NCBI RefSeq assembly: GCF_001194135.2
Contig: NC_069001.1
Location: forward strand, 18,774,850-18,819,499
Direction: 5' to 3'
Source of the DNA: Octopus bimaculoides
Lineage: Eukaryota
DNA length: 44,650 bases
In this document: positions 10,985 through 24,588 of the stretch, one piece after another
How the letters are laid out: each line of letters opens with the position of its first letter
Numbering within the stretch: position 1 is the first letter of the stretch
Program-made: the position numbers and the translations under genes
The notes under the pieces: model-generated
Databases searched by the model: none
Seen by the model: only the letters and a program-made list of their open reading frames with translations
Told to the model about the DNA's origin: nothing

Positions 10985-11910
10985 CTGATGTCATTGGATT
11001 CCCAGCTTGCTTTGAGCATGCCCAGATGATTTGCAATTTTCTTCATTCTTTAAGTCGTTTGGTTTAACTTGGCAACTACTTATGGACCAGTTCTCTATAC
11101 AGTGATGTACAAAACAGTGGATTTATTTATTGTAAACCTGGTGTGTGTCAGAACTTGTTTGGATCAGTATTCATGGGGCTTATCATCAATGCATTTATGA
11201 CCAGCTAGTAGTCATTGTAGTTTTGATTCCTGTTAGAGTCTACCATTTTTCTTCGTCTCTTTGTGATGGCTATGGACTTGATATTGAAAGGTGCAAGAGG
11301 TTACTTGGAGGGAATAAAAATCAGGCAATATCTGGTACTGCTACCACTGTGTGCTTTTATAGATGAGACCACTGTCATAGTGGAAATAAAGAATAAGAAA
11401 AACTCTTTGTGAAGTTGATTATTTTAGGCTTTGCAGCTGCATATGAAGGCTAAAACTAGAAAAAGCAGCGGCAATCTGTCCATAATACAGAGTCTGGTTA
11501 AAGGAATTTTATTTAGAAATTGAAAGGGAGCTGATTTCAACAATCAGGGTGAATGTAGTTAAGGGCCTTGGCTTTATCTATGCAGTCATCAAGAGATATT
11601 GTAGGTGTGGGCCAAGTTAAAGACACAGGCTAACTTCCATTGATAACTATGGTCTGATAAGGAAGTTTAAAATGTGGTGCTACCAATCTGGCTTTTTGTG
11701 AAGGCTTTTATGACCACCCCAAGTGCATGAAAAGTATTGTTAACAGGAGTGGAGAAATGGGTAAGGGTGTTAGTAAGTTCTTTCAAGTGTGGTTTAGTGC
11801 TTTGCTATACATTACAAGGACGGAGCTGGACAGTACTACTGTAATCTAATTTTAACATCACTGATAGTAAAGGAGTTTAAATTAGAAGTCTGTTTCTATG
11901 TGATGCTGTA
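10985..11910 (+). pseudogene. Degenerate RT of a HERO-like (R2-group) non-LTR retrotransposon
   Basis: Frameshifted peptides in the expected order: GFPACFEHAQMI, VWFNLATTYGPV, LFVMAMDLILKGA, LCAFIDETTVI (decayed AFMDD), MKAKTRKS, VKGLG, KFKMWCYQSG, VKEFK. Confidence 0.7.
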
Positions 11911-12279
11911 AAGAAAGGTGTTTCCATGTGCAATCAATATTAGAGGTTGCTGGACTGACCCAATTGTTTGTTATTGATACAGAGGTTATAGATCATGTTC
12001 TGTCAACATGTAAGTTATCTCCTGGATGTCTGGTGACACAACCAAGTATTGAGTATCATTAGTGATGCACCGAAACAATGCTGAAGCAATGTGAGTGCAG
12101 TGAGAATCAACACCAACTTGCAGCTTGAGGTATTAAAGGATGAAGGTGAGAGGGAGAGCAATAGAGGAACCTAAGCAAAGGAAAGCCAAGACTCAGACTG
12201 AAAGGGGAAGGGAGATTGGAAGGAAGTTTTCTTGTCCTTAAGCCATAATATCTTCCTCACTCATATTGTAATTTGTCAT

Positions 12280-12398
12280 ACTCCATTTCCTTCTTGACAA
12301 CATTATTTGCTGCACTGGGATCCATCAAATCCCATACCATCACAGAAACAAAGTTCTACTTTAAACTCCTTTACTATCAGTGATGTTAAAATTAGATT
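12280..12398 (-). repeat. Inverted copy of 11843-11905
   Basis: 12360-12398 is the exact reverse complement of 11843-11881 (39 bp); the inner 24 bp or so are imperfect. Confidence 0.85.
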
Positions 12399-12554
12399 GA
12401 ATCCTGAACATTTAAAAATGAAAAACAGTTGGTGTATGGCTGAGATTCTTTTTGTTGGAGGGAAAAGGTATTCTATAGTGCAGGCCAAAATTATTGTACA
12501 GTTCATAAGGAAAACATCCTGCAGTGCACATTTTATATAAAATATCGAATATGT

Positions 12555-12601
<47 letters not shown>

Positions 12602-13009
12602 CTTTGTTGTGTTAGTCAACAAGGCCAAGGACTCTAATGTTGAAACACCCAAAACCCCCTATATCCTTCAAGAACATTATTGATATATATTAGCACCCAA
12701 GAGATGTTTCTTGCAACTATATGTATGTGTGTAAATAGAGACAAAACCAAATGTTGATATTTTGAATGTATATGATACACATAATATCTTCCTCACTCAA
12801 AACATTCCAAAATGTAAATGTTAAAGCAAAATTTAACCATACAGTAATTGTCTGGATGGTCTTAAGAGTACCCTCCTACAAGCAGAGAGGAAGCTGGAAG
12901 ATAGAGGAAATATATCCATTGCCATCACTTACAAGTGAGCATGATTTTAATGATGAGCAGACATAGACACCTTGTTGGTCCTTTCACCCTTGACTTGGTG
13001 GAACATCAA

Positions 13010-13190
13010 GGATGTGATAGCTGAAGGGTAAGAGGCTTGCACCAGTATTTGGCTAGTATTCATATTTATCTAAGGAGACTGAAGCAACATGAAATAAAGT
13101 GCCCTGCACAAGGACACACTGTGGTACCCAGTCTAGGAATTGAACCAGCCAGTTTATGATCTTGGAACCAACACCTTAACTACTTCTCTA
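13010..13190 (-). mobile_element. Degenerate tRNA-derived SINE
   Basis: Minus-strand B-box-like GGTTCAATTCC followed by GTGTCCTTGTGCAGGGCACTTTATTTCATGTTGCT; related to 13770-13850 and 39489-39710. Confidence 0.55.
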
Positions 13191-13864
13191 TTTCACCTTC
13201 ACAAATACACACATGCATTTGCATGCACACACCTACACACACACACACTCACAAAGTAAAATGAATGTCTTGACCGTTTCATGGCCGTTCTTCAGAGAAT
13301 AAGCATCCAACACTCTTCTTTACCATCACTAATATTTATTGCCATCTTTTAAGCCATCTCCCTCTCTCTTTCTCTCTTACATTACTCCCTGTATCTCTCT
13401 TTGTTCACATATTTCACTCTCTCTTGCTCCTGTTTTCTCCTTGTCTCTCACTTCCTCTTCCTCCATCATGCCATTCATGCTGTTTTCTATTCAATCTCCA
13501 TACTAACATCCCTCATGTAGCTGCATATCTCATTTCCCCACCTTCTCTCTCTTATCATTCTGGTCACACTTGCCTTGAATGAAAGGCAACAACATCATTT
13601 GGCATATGTTGGGACAAGGTAGCTCAGTACACTGTGAAGTAGTGAAGTTGAGAGTACTTTTCGATTTTGTTGATTAACATGCCAAAAATGGAATAATGTA
13701 CAAATGAGTTGTGACTCCCCATCACCACCCCCTATCAAAGAGTAGTAATAGGTTTAGGTATCTGGCTCAAGAAAATAGGTTATGGGTTCCTGGACAAAGT
13801 AATGTGTTATGTCCTTAAGTAAGGTACTTTCTTTCACATTGCTCCAATCTGCTTAGCCTAAATA

Positions 13865-14744
13865 CAAGGTGTTCAGGCTAAGTTTTATGATTTTTTTAAT
13901 GTCTTCTTTTTGGGGGGGAACAATTTGATGTATTGCTGAACTGTCAACAGTGTTGGAGAGCATGAAGATTAAAGTTGTAGTTAAGAAAAAGCTGACATAG
14001 AAGACTGGGAGCCACCAGAATACTATAAAATACTTATCAGTATCATGATGGTTTGCACCAGATATCAAAATGCCAACATCATGACTTGTTTAGTGCTCTG
14101 TGAACATTGTAATGGCTGTAAGGTGCAACATGGACAGCTGGAATATAGAATACAAAGTTATGGCCTGCAGGAAAGGACACAGCAGGCTTTCTGACTGTGT
14201 TTGCTGGAATCCATCCACATATCTTTCAATTCAGACAGCTATGTAAAGCTGCTGAAGACTGTGGTCAATCTATGGCCAGAGAGGGTTGCTGTTGGAAACC
14301 TTTATTTGTGGCAGCAGGATTTGGCTCCTTGTCATACCTCCAGAAAGAGTCAGAAGTGATTGTTGGAGAATTTCTGACTTCACCAGCCCCAATTTCTGGC
14401 CTCCTAATTCCCACGGTTGTAAATCCAATGGATTACTATGTGTGGTGTGTAGTTGAAAAGGATACTAAATGCTCTGCCTGCAACACCAAAACTGAGTTAG
14501 TAGCCAAAATCAAGGGAGTGTTTGAAGATCTTCCTAGGAAACAATGAGGAATTCATGTGCCAGGTTCCAGAGCTGTCTTGAGGCTGTAGTGGAGGCTGAG
14601 GTGGACTACTTAGGGTAAACTGTTATCTCCCAGCCATAATTTAGCTGATATATTTTGAGATTTTACAATACATTTATTTTTGGATGGGATATTGTGTTTT
14701 CTTTTCCTTTTATGCAAACTGTTAAATTTAGCCTGAGCACACTG
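13865..14744 (+). mobile_element. Internally deleted Tc1/mariner, DD37D (maT)-like
   Basis: TIRs CAAGGTGTTCAGGCTAAGTTT vs reverse complement CAGTGTGCTCAGGCTAAATTT, TA flanks. WQQDLAPCH (D at 14318) and NPMDYYVW (D at 14431) are 113 nt apart, about 37 intervening codons with a frameshift. Confidence 0.85.
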
Positions 14745-15149
14745 TAAGTACCAGCTGAATGCTAGGGCAGCTATTTCTGCATCTATCATATCTTGTCCTG
14801 GATATTTTACTGGTTCAAAGGGTGGTAGAGGACTGTGAACCTGCTCATGACTACAGGCATCTAAAACACTTAGTGAAAACATAGTACATGCCATTATATA
14901 TATGTGTGTGTGTGTTTATTTAAGTGTATGTGTGTGTATTTACATTTGTATGTATGTCTGTATGTATATATATTTATATACTATGTATATATATGTGTGT
15001 ATATTATGTATAGCCCTACATGTTTTTGTGTGTCTATTATATCTCATAAGTTGCATGTAGACAATATCTTTGACATGACATCTAATGTCATAGGCAGATT
15101 TTGGCCCACAAGTATACTCTCCTCTCTCTGCCTTTCCTACAACAATAAT

Positions 15150-15400
15150 GGCTTTTGCTCCTCAGAGTTGATTGGAATTATGACCACCTCCACAGATATT
15201 CTTGACCCATTCATCTCTCATTTCATTCCCCTTCTTGTATCCGCCCATCATCATCATCTTGTATCCCTTGCAGTCCTTTCTTTGAGCGTTATCCCTCTGA
15301 AATTTCCCCTATTCCAGTGCTCATATCTCTCCTGCAGGTATTGGTATGCAATGGCTTAACAAGAGCATTAATGATGTCAATCTCACATGTCAAAGAGGGC
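15150..15400 (-). mobile_element. Possible RTE endonuclease N-terminal fragment
   Basis: Minus-strand decayed peptides resembling WRG...DEWVKNI(V)EVV. Confidence 0.4.
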
Positions 15401-15979
15401 CTTCAAAGGCCATTAGTACTTCCACTTCTTTCCAAGCCCAGCAACTGAAACAAAGAAGTGTCTGAGGGCTATTGTTGTTGGTAGGTCTAAGTTCAGATGT
15501 GATTAAAGATATTTCAGTCATAGCGATTATGTGACTACATTGCATTACCTGCCCTCTTTTTTGAAGGATACTCGACTGTTGTTTCTTGCAGGTCAAGCAA
15601 CCTTTGATGGTGTTGCATCTAAAGGTAGCCACCAGTGATATCGTATTGTGTAGCTAGAGTAAGTGAGAGGAAGATATGTGTGTGACTGACAACTGTTTTG
15701 TTTTTGTGGTTGTGTAGTTCCAAGTTGGCACTGATCAAATAGACCTGAAACAAAAAACAAAAAAAGGAAAATGATTTCCAACCATGACCATTCCATGTTT
15801 TCTGTAAGCATGGAGACCAAGATACATGTTATCCAATATCTCCTTTTCTAAGACTGTTGCTTTTGATTTGAGGGAGATTTAACTGCTGTTTCTTGCAGGG
15901 CATATAACTATACAGCAACACTGCTGTTGCTTGGTGGTGTTGTGGTAAATGTCAAGGATTAATTCTCTGGGGGTAAATG

Positions 15980-16217
15980 CAGTAATCCCTTGACTATTGT
16001 GGGTGTTATGTTCCAAAACCCACCGCAATAGGTGAAAATCCACGAAGTAGAAACACAGTACTGTACTGTATATTTCTTTTATTATTTTTATAATTTGTAT
16101 GTATTTATTTTATTATAAATGCAAAACAACACCACAGAGGAATCAACGTAAGCTTAAATAATAAACTGCAATCGGTGAACTGTGATAGCTGAACTGCGAT
16201 ATGGCGAGGGATTACTA
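15980..16217. mobile_element. pogo/Tigger-like MITE
   Basis: CAGTAATCCCTTGACTAT at left and ATATGGCGAGGGATTACT at right, matching Tigger-type CAGTAATCCCTCG termini. Confidence 0.7.
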
Positions 16218-17339
16218 TATCTGGAATATTTTGTGATCTGTGGTTAATGGTGAAAGCTATTGACAGGCTTTTGTGTTGGTGAGGTAAATCTAAGGGGGTG
16301 GGGCTGATGCCTCTAATGATTGTGACAGCCCTTTTAGAGGCAGGTTGTTGTTGTTTATCCCAAGTCTGCCCAGTTCTATAATCAAAAGTATTCCAACCAG
16401 GTCTCTGTCTTTATACTGGTATCTAAAACTACATTATCAATGTGTCTTGAATTTTTATTGTGATGGTTTGGTGTGATATGAGAGGTGGGGGATTTGGTTG
16501 TTATTTCTTACAAGTCATGTGGCCCATTTTGTTTGTAGGGGGGGGGGATGCCATCCACTTCCATGGAGAGTATCACTTTGGTCATTGTGTACTGATAGTG
16601 ACTGGATATTTATGTGGCATTTGATGTGGTAGAAATAGCAGGACACGTGGGATAATGGGGGAGAGGGAGTTCTTTCTGCATAGGAACAAGGACAGAATTG
16701 TCAGAGCTTGGTTGTCTTTGATCATAAGTCTGCTCAGGCTCAAGTGATCAGGGACTAAATAACAAAATGTATTAAATATGGCTAGACTTCCCTCCCTTTC
16801 AAATAAACCCCTACCTTGGCAGAGTGGTTTGAGGGTCAGAGAAAATGCCTTGTGTTGTTTCTTATGGTTGTCTGCACTGTCTGTTCAAGTTGTGCCTCGG
16901 TCGACTTTATCTTTCATCCCTTTGCAGATTTATTAAGTGCTACACCGTGGTCTTGGATTGTGAAATTGTAAGATCACTGGCTAACAGGCCTTGAAATATC
17001 TACATTCTGAATTCAAATTCCTAGTACATACCTTAAAAGACCCCCCCCCCCGAAAAATAAAAGCACTTAGCCACCATCCTTGCCTGATGAGTAAAACAAA
17101 TCCTCAAAAATAATGCCGTTAACGCTAAAATAGATGGTGTTGGGGTAAAGAGCGGGTCAGGGGCTTTTTCTTAAAACCACATTTATCCTGGTGATTACAC
17201 ACACACACCTCAGGGGCAAATCAAAGAATGGGCAAGTACCATGGCTTTCTGTTCTGCTGTGACAAACAACAGGGAGAGTATAACGATGGCATGGCTATCA
17301 CCACACATTTCTGTGGGTTATTATCTTCATCTCTTCAGC

Positions 17340-18020
17340 AGCATGAAGTCAATCAGAGATGGTTATCCGTCTACGATCAAACCTACACACTAAGACATTA
17401 AAAATTGAGGGTAGGTAGACGTGGGCGGCTACTATCGGTTAACTTCAACAATATGTTGAGGGCTAAGATATATATGTTTGGGTAATTTACCAATTTTAGT
17501 TAAGGCATATTTCATTTCCTGACCAAAATTATTCCAACAGTCACCATCACGTCATTTTTTTTTCCTGTCGAGCAAGTCATGGTAATTAGTTGCTTAACAT
17601 GCTAGAGATAACAGCCAATACACATTTTAAGTCATAATCCATTGTGTTAAATAGTACGGATACATTGGATGATGCAATTCTAGTTACATATTGTCATCCT
17701 TCGGTCTGCTCACTCGGAGCTGGCCTGGAGGTTAAACACCAACCTATACCACATCGGGTACCTCTGACAAGATCGTTAAACGTAGTTACCCAGCAGCTGA
17801 CTGTGAGCTGGTACCACATCAGTAAGTGGGCAGCCACTGTATCTGACAATGGGTACCTGCATCGTCATCTTTATCACCGTCAGAGGGAAGCTGCTTTCAT
17901 ACACTTGTGTTAATACTACAGTAGCAGCATCACAGCTTCATTTTCTTCATTCGATTTGTTGAAGAAGACGGAGGAGGAAATATTTCGACTCTGATGACCG
18001 GCTTTCAATGCCGTCTTGAA
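17340..18020 (+). promoter_or_regulatory. CpG-retaining unique sequence; candidate promoter/5' UTR
   Basis: Non-repetitive, with visibly more CG dinucleotides than 10.8-16.8 kb; lies just upstream of the candidate first exon. Confidence 0.35.
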
Positions 18021-18078
18021 ATGGCGAACGTTTTACCAGTTTTTGGATTGATTTCACAATATATATTCATCGCCGTTG
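17994..18078 (+). CDS. Candidate first coding exon, signal-peptide-like (MTGFQCRLE)MANVLPVFGLISQYIFIAV, phase-1 donor
   Basis: In-frame stop at 17922; in-frame ATGs at 17994 and 18021 (gaaATGG); hydrophobic stretch; G|GTAATT donor at 18079. No downstream exon identified. Confidence 0.4.
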
Positions 18079-18164
18079 GTAATTAATAATTTTCTTTGTT
18101 CAGTGCAAACACAACAAATATTACAGTGCACACGCACACAATTGTGTATGTGTGTGTGTTTATA

Positions 18165-18475
18165 TATATTTATGTATATGTGTGTATATATGTATGTGTA
18201 TATATGTATATGTGTATATATATATGTATATGTGTGTGTATATGAATATATGTGTGTGTATATGAATATATGTGTGTGTATATGAATATATGTGTGTATA
18301 TATGAATATATGTGTATACATATGTATATATGTATGTGTATATGCATGTATATATGTATATACATGTATGTGTATATATGTATATGTATATATATATGTA
18401 GGTGTATAAATATGTATATATATATATGTATATGTATATATGTGTATGTATATAGACCTTCCGCTTGTTCAATAT
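18165..18475. repeat. Compound (TA)/(TG) microsatellite
   Basis: Seen directly. Confidence 0.9.
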
Positions 18476-20539
18476 CCAGGTTGTTGTTTTTTTGAATACA
18501 CTCCTGTATGTTGCTCTTCTTTAAATATATCTACACATATATCTTATCTATCTATCTAGCTTTACCTGTTCTCTCTCTCTCTCAATCACACACACACACA
18601 CACATGACCATTTGTTATTAAATATACATGCATGTTCTTGTCACACACATACACGCGCGCATACTGTCTCACATTGAAATAGACGTATTATTAAATATAC
18701 ACGGTGTTGTGTCGTTAATTAAATATACCCCCAGCAGTTGTACATACATTGTTGCATCTGCAAACATTTGAATGAATGGAATGGAAATAATTTTTATTGA
18801 ATGTATTTCATATCAACGAAGGAAGAGTGCATGTGGGGTGTATGTGTGTATACACATACATTATATATATATATATATATACATTATATGTATACATACA
18901 TTATATATATATACATTATAGATTGGGCAGAATTGTGCATATATGTGTATATACACATGTATGTATGGGTGACTAAATGCCGTAAATCGAATAACTAATC
19001 TGTCTGAAAATTACAGAGAAAAGTGATGTATGTGTAATGATATATACATACATATCAATATAATGATATATATACTGTTATAAACACTAGAAATATACAT
19101 TTCTGTTTCTGATGTATGTTTAATTTATAAGAACGTATAAACGTGTATAAATTATGTAATATCTATACATTGTGTGCGGGTGTATATACGGATGCATGTA
19201 CTTGTTTAACCCTTGGTCAGTCCCCATTAAACAAACCTTAATGATAACATACATTGCATTACATCTGAGGCAACCCTGTCTTTTTTCCTGTATTACTAAC
19301 GACATTCAGTGTTTTACTTTTTTCGGCACACGATCTGATTTTAGGGAGGTTTGGCTATTATTTCTAGCATGTCTAACGACCAATTAGATGTGAGAGACAC
19401 TGAAATAGCAGCGCAACTTCCATGTCAAGCTTTTAGTCTTTTAGTCGAGCAAATTCTCTTGAAGATGGTTTTACTATATATTACATTGTTTTATATACTA
19501 TATATACACACTGGAATTACACGGACACTGTTGCACACATGCTTATACACAGTTGCACATTCACGTACTTAAACTTACATACACTTGCGCTTACACAGTC
19601 ACTCACAAACACGTACATAAATGTGCGTATACACTGATACACAGAAACACATACACTAAGATTGTCATTCATACACACTCTCTCTCATACATACATGCGC
19701 AAATGTACACGTACATTGACGCACACACGAATACATTCCCTTATACAACCTTTTATCTATCTATATATATATATTTAATGCTTTCTATCATAGCTTTTTG
19801 CGTACATATTTTTTAATAATGTTTAACCTGTGTGTGTGTGTGTATATAGGAACCAGAAATCATGTTTAAAATCAGTGTAACATTGACGATCCTATCTAAA
19901 TAATACCCTTTTACATTTTTAATGTTTACTTTTGTCATTTTGTTTGTGTGTAATAAAATATATAGTGTGTATGTATAAAATGTTGTTTACAGTGACATTG
20001 TATGTATATATATACACAAACACACACATAACTTATATGAATGTATATACACCCCACCACGACCAATATAATAGTTATACCAGTATATTTATTTTTTATT
20101 CCGTTTTACCTCATAATGTATTCATATAACTTAAATACTGTTTTTTTTTAGTTATTGTTTTGGCAATCTTTCGTTTATTCGCGCACTCACACACTTTCAC
20201 TTACACTCTTTCACACACTCACACTCACAAATCTAATGTGGTTGAGAGTCAACTGTTTGACCCTTGCTAGTGAAAGTAATCAGAAACACGTGACTCTTCA
20301 GTTTATATGTGTGTGTGTGTGTGTGTATGTGTGTGTGTAGCAGGAATGGAAGTTGTGGTGTTTATTTCATTCCCTTGACTAAAATTTAATGAAGTGTATG
20401 CTTGTTGATGACAACCAAACCTAATCTGTGTGTATGTATGATGTATTCATGTACAAAATAAGACCTGTCAAAAGGTGGAAGAGCTCATGAGTAGTCAACG
20501 GCCATCCAACGATATATTTATATACATGTATGCGCGGGG

Positions 20540-20879
20540 ACATGGAAATAGCTGTGTTGATGTCCAGGCGCGCGGTTGGCCCCTCCGTTGTCACATTTCA
20601 CTAGGAGAGGGAAATTCCGAGAGAACACCTGCAGCACTCACAATATTCGATGATGTGGACTGGTTCTTTTAGAGTTTATGCTGTCCATGTTCAGAGAGTG
20701 GGATTGAATTTGTGCAAATCCTTTCCCCACTATATAAAAAAATCATCATGCACAAGCATCGCTCGAAATAAAATAAAAAAAAGTGAATACAAAAGACCTA
20801 TCACAAAATGGCTGGTCGTAGCCTTCGCATGTGTGGCGATGGCAATACTTGAACACGAGTTTTCAGCCATCATGTATGT
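20540..20879 (+). promoter_or_regulatory. Candidate TATA promoter with possible short first exon
   Basis: CG-rich patch at 20543-20590; TATATAAA at 20731-20738; ATGs at 20808 and 20839; donor-like GTATGT at 20874. Confidence 0.25.
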
Positions 20880-21093
20880 GTGTATAATTCCTGTGTATAA
20901 TATGCTGCAACCACACTGTTCCATGAACTATAAACACTATAGGTTGAAAGTGCATCGCTGCATCACCATCCTGGTGGTGGTTCTCTTAGTTGTGATGGTA
21001 TTGGTGATAAATATTAGACGGTACCCTTTTCGTTGTTTCACATCCTCTTAAGCCGTTCCATACTTTCACCCTTTTGTGTTGTGCGCGCGCGCG

Positions 21094-21135
<42 letters not shown>

Positions 21136-22437
21136 CATGTATAATGTGTGAGTTTACCACTACAGATGTCTTAGAAACCTGAATATTGTGTTTATGGTAC
21201 TTTATGTTAGTAAAATATGCTACTACTATTACCACCACCACCACCACCACCACCACATGTTATGGTGATGTGGTGTTGATCATTGCAGTGGCAGTGATGA
21301 TGATGGTGATGACAATGGTAGTGACTAGTCATGATAGTGATGACTTGTGATGGTGGTTAATATCCACGCCGACAAAATGACTTGATGCCTGAGTTTATCT
21401 CTAAACAAAATAAAAAGCAACTGGCATCACTGACTGACAAAGAACTCAATACAGGTGTTGTGGTGTCTATTTAGACAAAATGCAGTGATTGGGATTTTGA
21501 AGGGAAAGGTAACGAAAGCATATGCATGATAATATGATAGTGATGATGATGAATTACTCAAACGATCAATATTTGTGGATTCAGTGATGTCTTTTGAAGA
21601 TGTTCACCATTTCCCTCCCTCTCCCCATCACCACCATAGTGGTTCCCAATGTGCTCCCTCCTTCTATAATTACTACCACCTGTGCGATCTAGAAATGATA
21701 ATGATGATGATGATAATAATAATAATTCTTTTATTGGCCACAAGGGCTAATATAAACAAACATAAAATGACATGCAGCAACATAAAAGACAACACAAACG
21801 ATACACAGCATGTAAACACTAAAAACAATTAAAATGAAACAAAATAATAACTTCCAGTTGGACGAATAATGAAATTACAACTCAGTCTGTGTATTTTCGT
21901 CTATCATGGGGTCATGAATGTCTCTATCTACTATAGGTTTGGGTGTACCTAGATACGCTGTAAGTGTGCCTGCCAATACTGCACCCATCTGTGTCACTAC
22001 CTTTTGTGTGCAGTTGTATGCATCTCCATGAGATGTCTAAATTCAACCTTGTGGTGTATGCACCTTCATTGTTCCTGTGTTCCCATATTTTTTATTTATG
22101 CATGAAATGTTTTTGTATTTCTGAAGTGTGTCCTTCAGTGTGTGTGTGTGTGTGTGCATATGTTTGTGTTATGTGTGCATGTGAGTGCAACATGGGGGGA
22201 TGCAGTTGAGTACATCGGTGACTTGGTTCATTAAGTACTTTGGTACATGTGCACACACACACACAGGAGCGGTAGTCGCATTCATACACTACCATAAAAC
22301 CAAAACACGCAAGAGCGTATACTTACACAAACACACACACACAGCTATACAAATAGACATATCCTACGAAATTTACACTATGTCTACTTCCACTATATAC
22401 CTACACTATTCAAGCTAACAATAGTCTTCATGTAGCC

Positions 22438-22923
22438 CAGAGGTGGGACAAGTTTTTAGTGCGGCGGGCAAAAATTTCCAAAGAAAAAGGTCTGCAAGCG
22501 GGTCACAAGTTCTAACTTTTATATCTGTGTAAATCTTGTCTATATATGTGTATGACACATACATATAGTTTAACACATTAAATTAACATCTTCATAAAGG
22601 CTGCCACTGAATTTAGGACGTTTATATTACTTATGAGGTATTCTATATTTTTCAGCTAGTGTAGTTGGGTCTCAAGGGGGTGGTACAAACCTAGCAATAT
22701 GTGTTTTATAGTTATAACAAAATTTCCATTCAAATGGCAATTGCCGGACGATTTCTGTTTGAGTCAGACCATTTTAAATTGTAGTGGAAACGCGACCTAT
22801 TGTATAAATTTTATAATTGAAAATTGACTATATTTTGTATATACGAGTACATTAGCCTGCAGGCGCAATAAAATGGGCTCACGGGCGCAATTGTTCCCGC
22901 GGGCGGGCTTTTCCTCACACCTG
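22438..22923. mobile_element. hAT (Charlie-like) MITE
   Basis: Termini CAGAGGTGGGACAAG and reverse complement CAGGTGTGAGGAAAAGCCCGCCCGCGGG; TSD imperfect (ATGTAGCC/ATGGCCAG). Confidence 0.6.
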
Positions 22924-23607
22924 ATGGCCAGCTGCTAGAAACAGCAGTCAAAAACCCTCAAATCACACATCACATCCTTCCCCCTTTAATAAAAGAGGAC
23001 ACATTAGTCTTGTGAAGAACAAGATGACTTCTCTGGTGCTGGTGTCATGATAAACTGTAGCAGTAGGCTCTATAAAGTGGTCAGTAGTAGGAAAGGCATT
23101 AATCTGTAGAAACCATATCACAAAAGAAATTTATGAACAAGATGCTAGCCCCTAAACCATCTAGGAGGAGAGTAACTCCAAATAAGAACCGATTCAGACT
23201 ATGATGACCTCTCTAACCCATGTCAGTATAGAAAAGGGATCATAAAGACGATTGAATAATGTAGTCTGGTAGAGTAGGGATGGTCATAGCTGGAATACTT
23301 TTGATGATAGGACTGAGTACTGGGTCTGTATAGCAACAACCTGTGTACTTTATCACACATACACACTTCTTAGACTTGTGCTAACACATACTAAAATGTA
23401 TACCACTATACACCACTACACATAAAATACTACACACTGTTCTACACACACATGCAGTCAACATATACACAGAAGCCTATAGACTTGCATTAACATATTA
23501 GTCAAATTTATAATCCCACACAAAAACCTACACACATACAGACATCTAAGGATGCACATACACATCCAACCAAATATCTGTTATACAATCAGTTAAGTAT
23601 GTGTGTG

Positions 23608-23664
<57 letters not shown>

Positions 23665-23702
23665 GTTTGTGTGTGTATGTAGTGCTTGTGTANNNNNNNN
23701 NN

Positions 23703-23746
<44 letters not shown>

Positions 23747-23873
23747 GTTTGTGTGTGTATGTAGTGCTTGTGTATACATTAGTGTTCTTAGTGTTCTCTA
23801 CCCTCGTGTGATTTTTTTTCTCTGTCTATGTCTATACGTTGTGAATGTATGTGTGTGTGTCTCTCTCTCTGTA

Positions 23874-23917
<44 letters not shown>

Positions 23918-24588
23918 TATATATATATTCACACGTTTGTATGTACATGTACTTGTTTATGCACATGTATATGTTATTCATTCTGTCTTATTTGTGTATG
24001 GGTTTGTGTCTATATATATTATTCTTTCTGTGTTTGTGTATTAGTTTTTATCTGTATGCCACAATTGTATGAGAGTTTTTTGAAGTGTGTGTGCGTGTAT
24101 ACATACATCTATAAATGTGTGTATATTCATACATCTACAAATTCATGTGTGTTGTACATCAGACGGCAGATGTACACCTATCTAACAATATTCTTTAGCA
24201 AGAAGAGAAAAAAAATGTTAAATTAGTTATTGGCACCAAATAGTCCTCTTTTCCAACATATAATAAACTCTTTCATGTATCATAAGAAAGATCTTTGAGT
24301 ATCTGGGTGGATAGCTAAAGGTGGATGTGTGTTGATCTGTGAATGTCACTGTGCGTGTGCGTATGTATGCTGTAACCCTCAACTTTGATCTTTATGTAAT
24401 GGGTTGTGTGAGTTTTTATGTAAATATGCATGCGCATGCACACACACATGCAGACACACAGAGTTCCTGTTTCTATAAATGTACATATATTGTGCCAGTT
24501 TGTGTGCATGTAAGTATACATATACATATATATATATATATATATGCACACACACTCACTTGCCTGTGGTTACATTTATATATTTATG

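Noticed and set aside
21558-21743. Minus-strand frame DRTGGSNYRRREHIGNHYGGDGEREG with a possible acceptor
   Set aside because: No recognisable homology; sits among GAT/ATA repeats; no convincing donor.
23615-23775. Duplicated (TA)n-TGTATATGTTTGTGTG..GTAGTGCTTGTGTA block
   Set aside because: Flanks a 10-N gap; assembly artefact.
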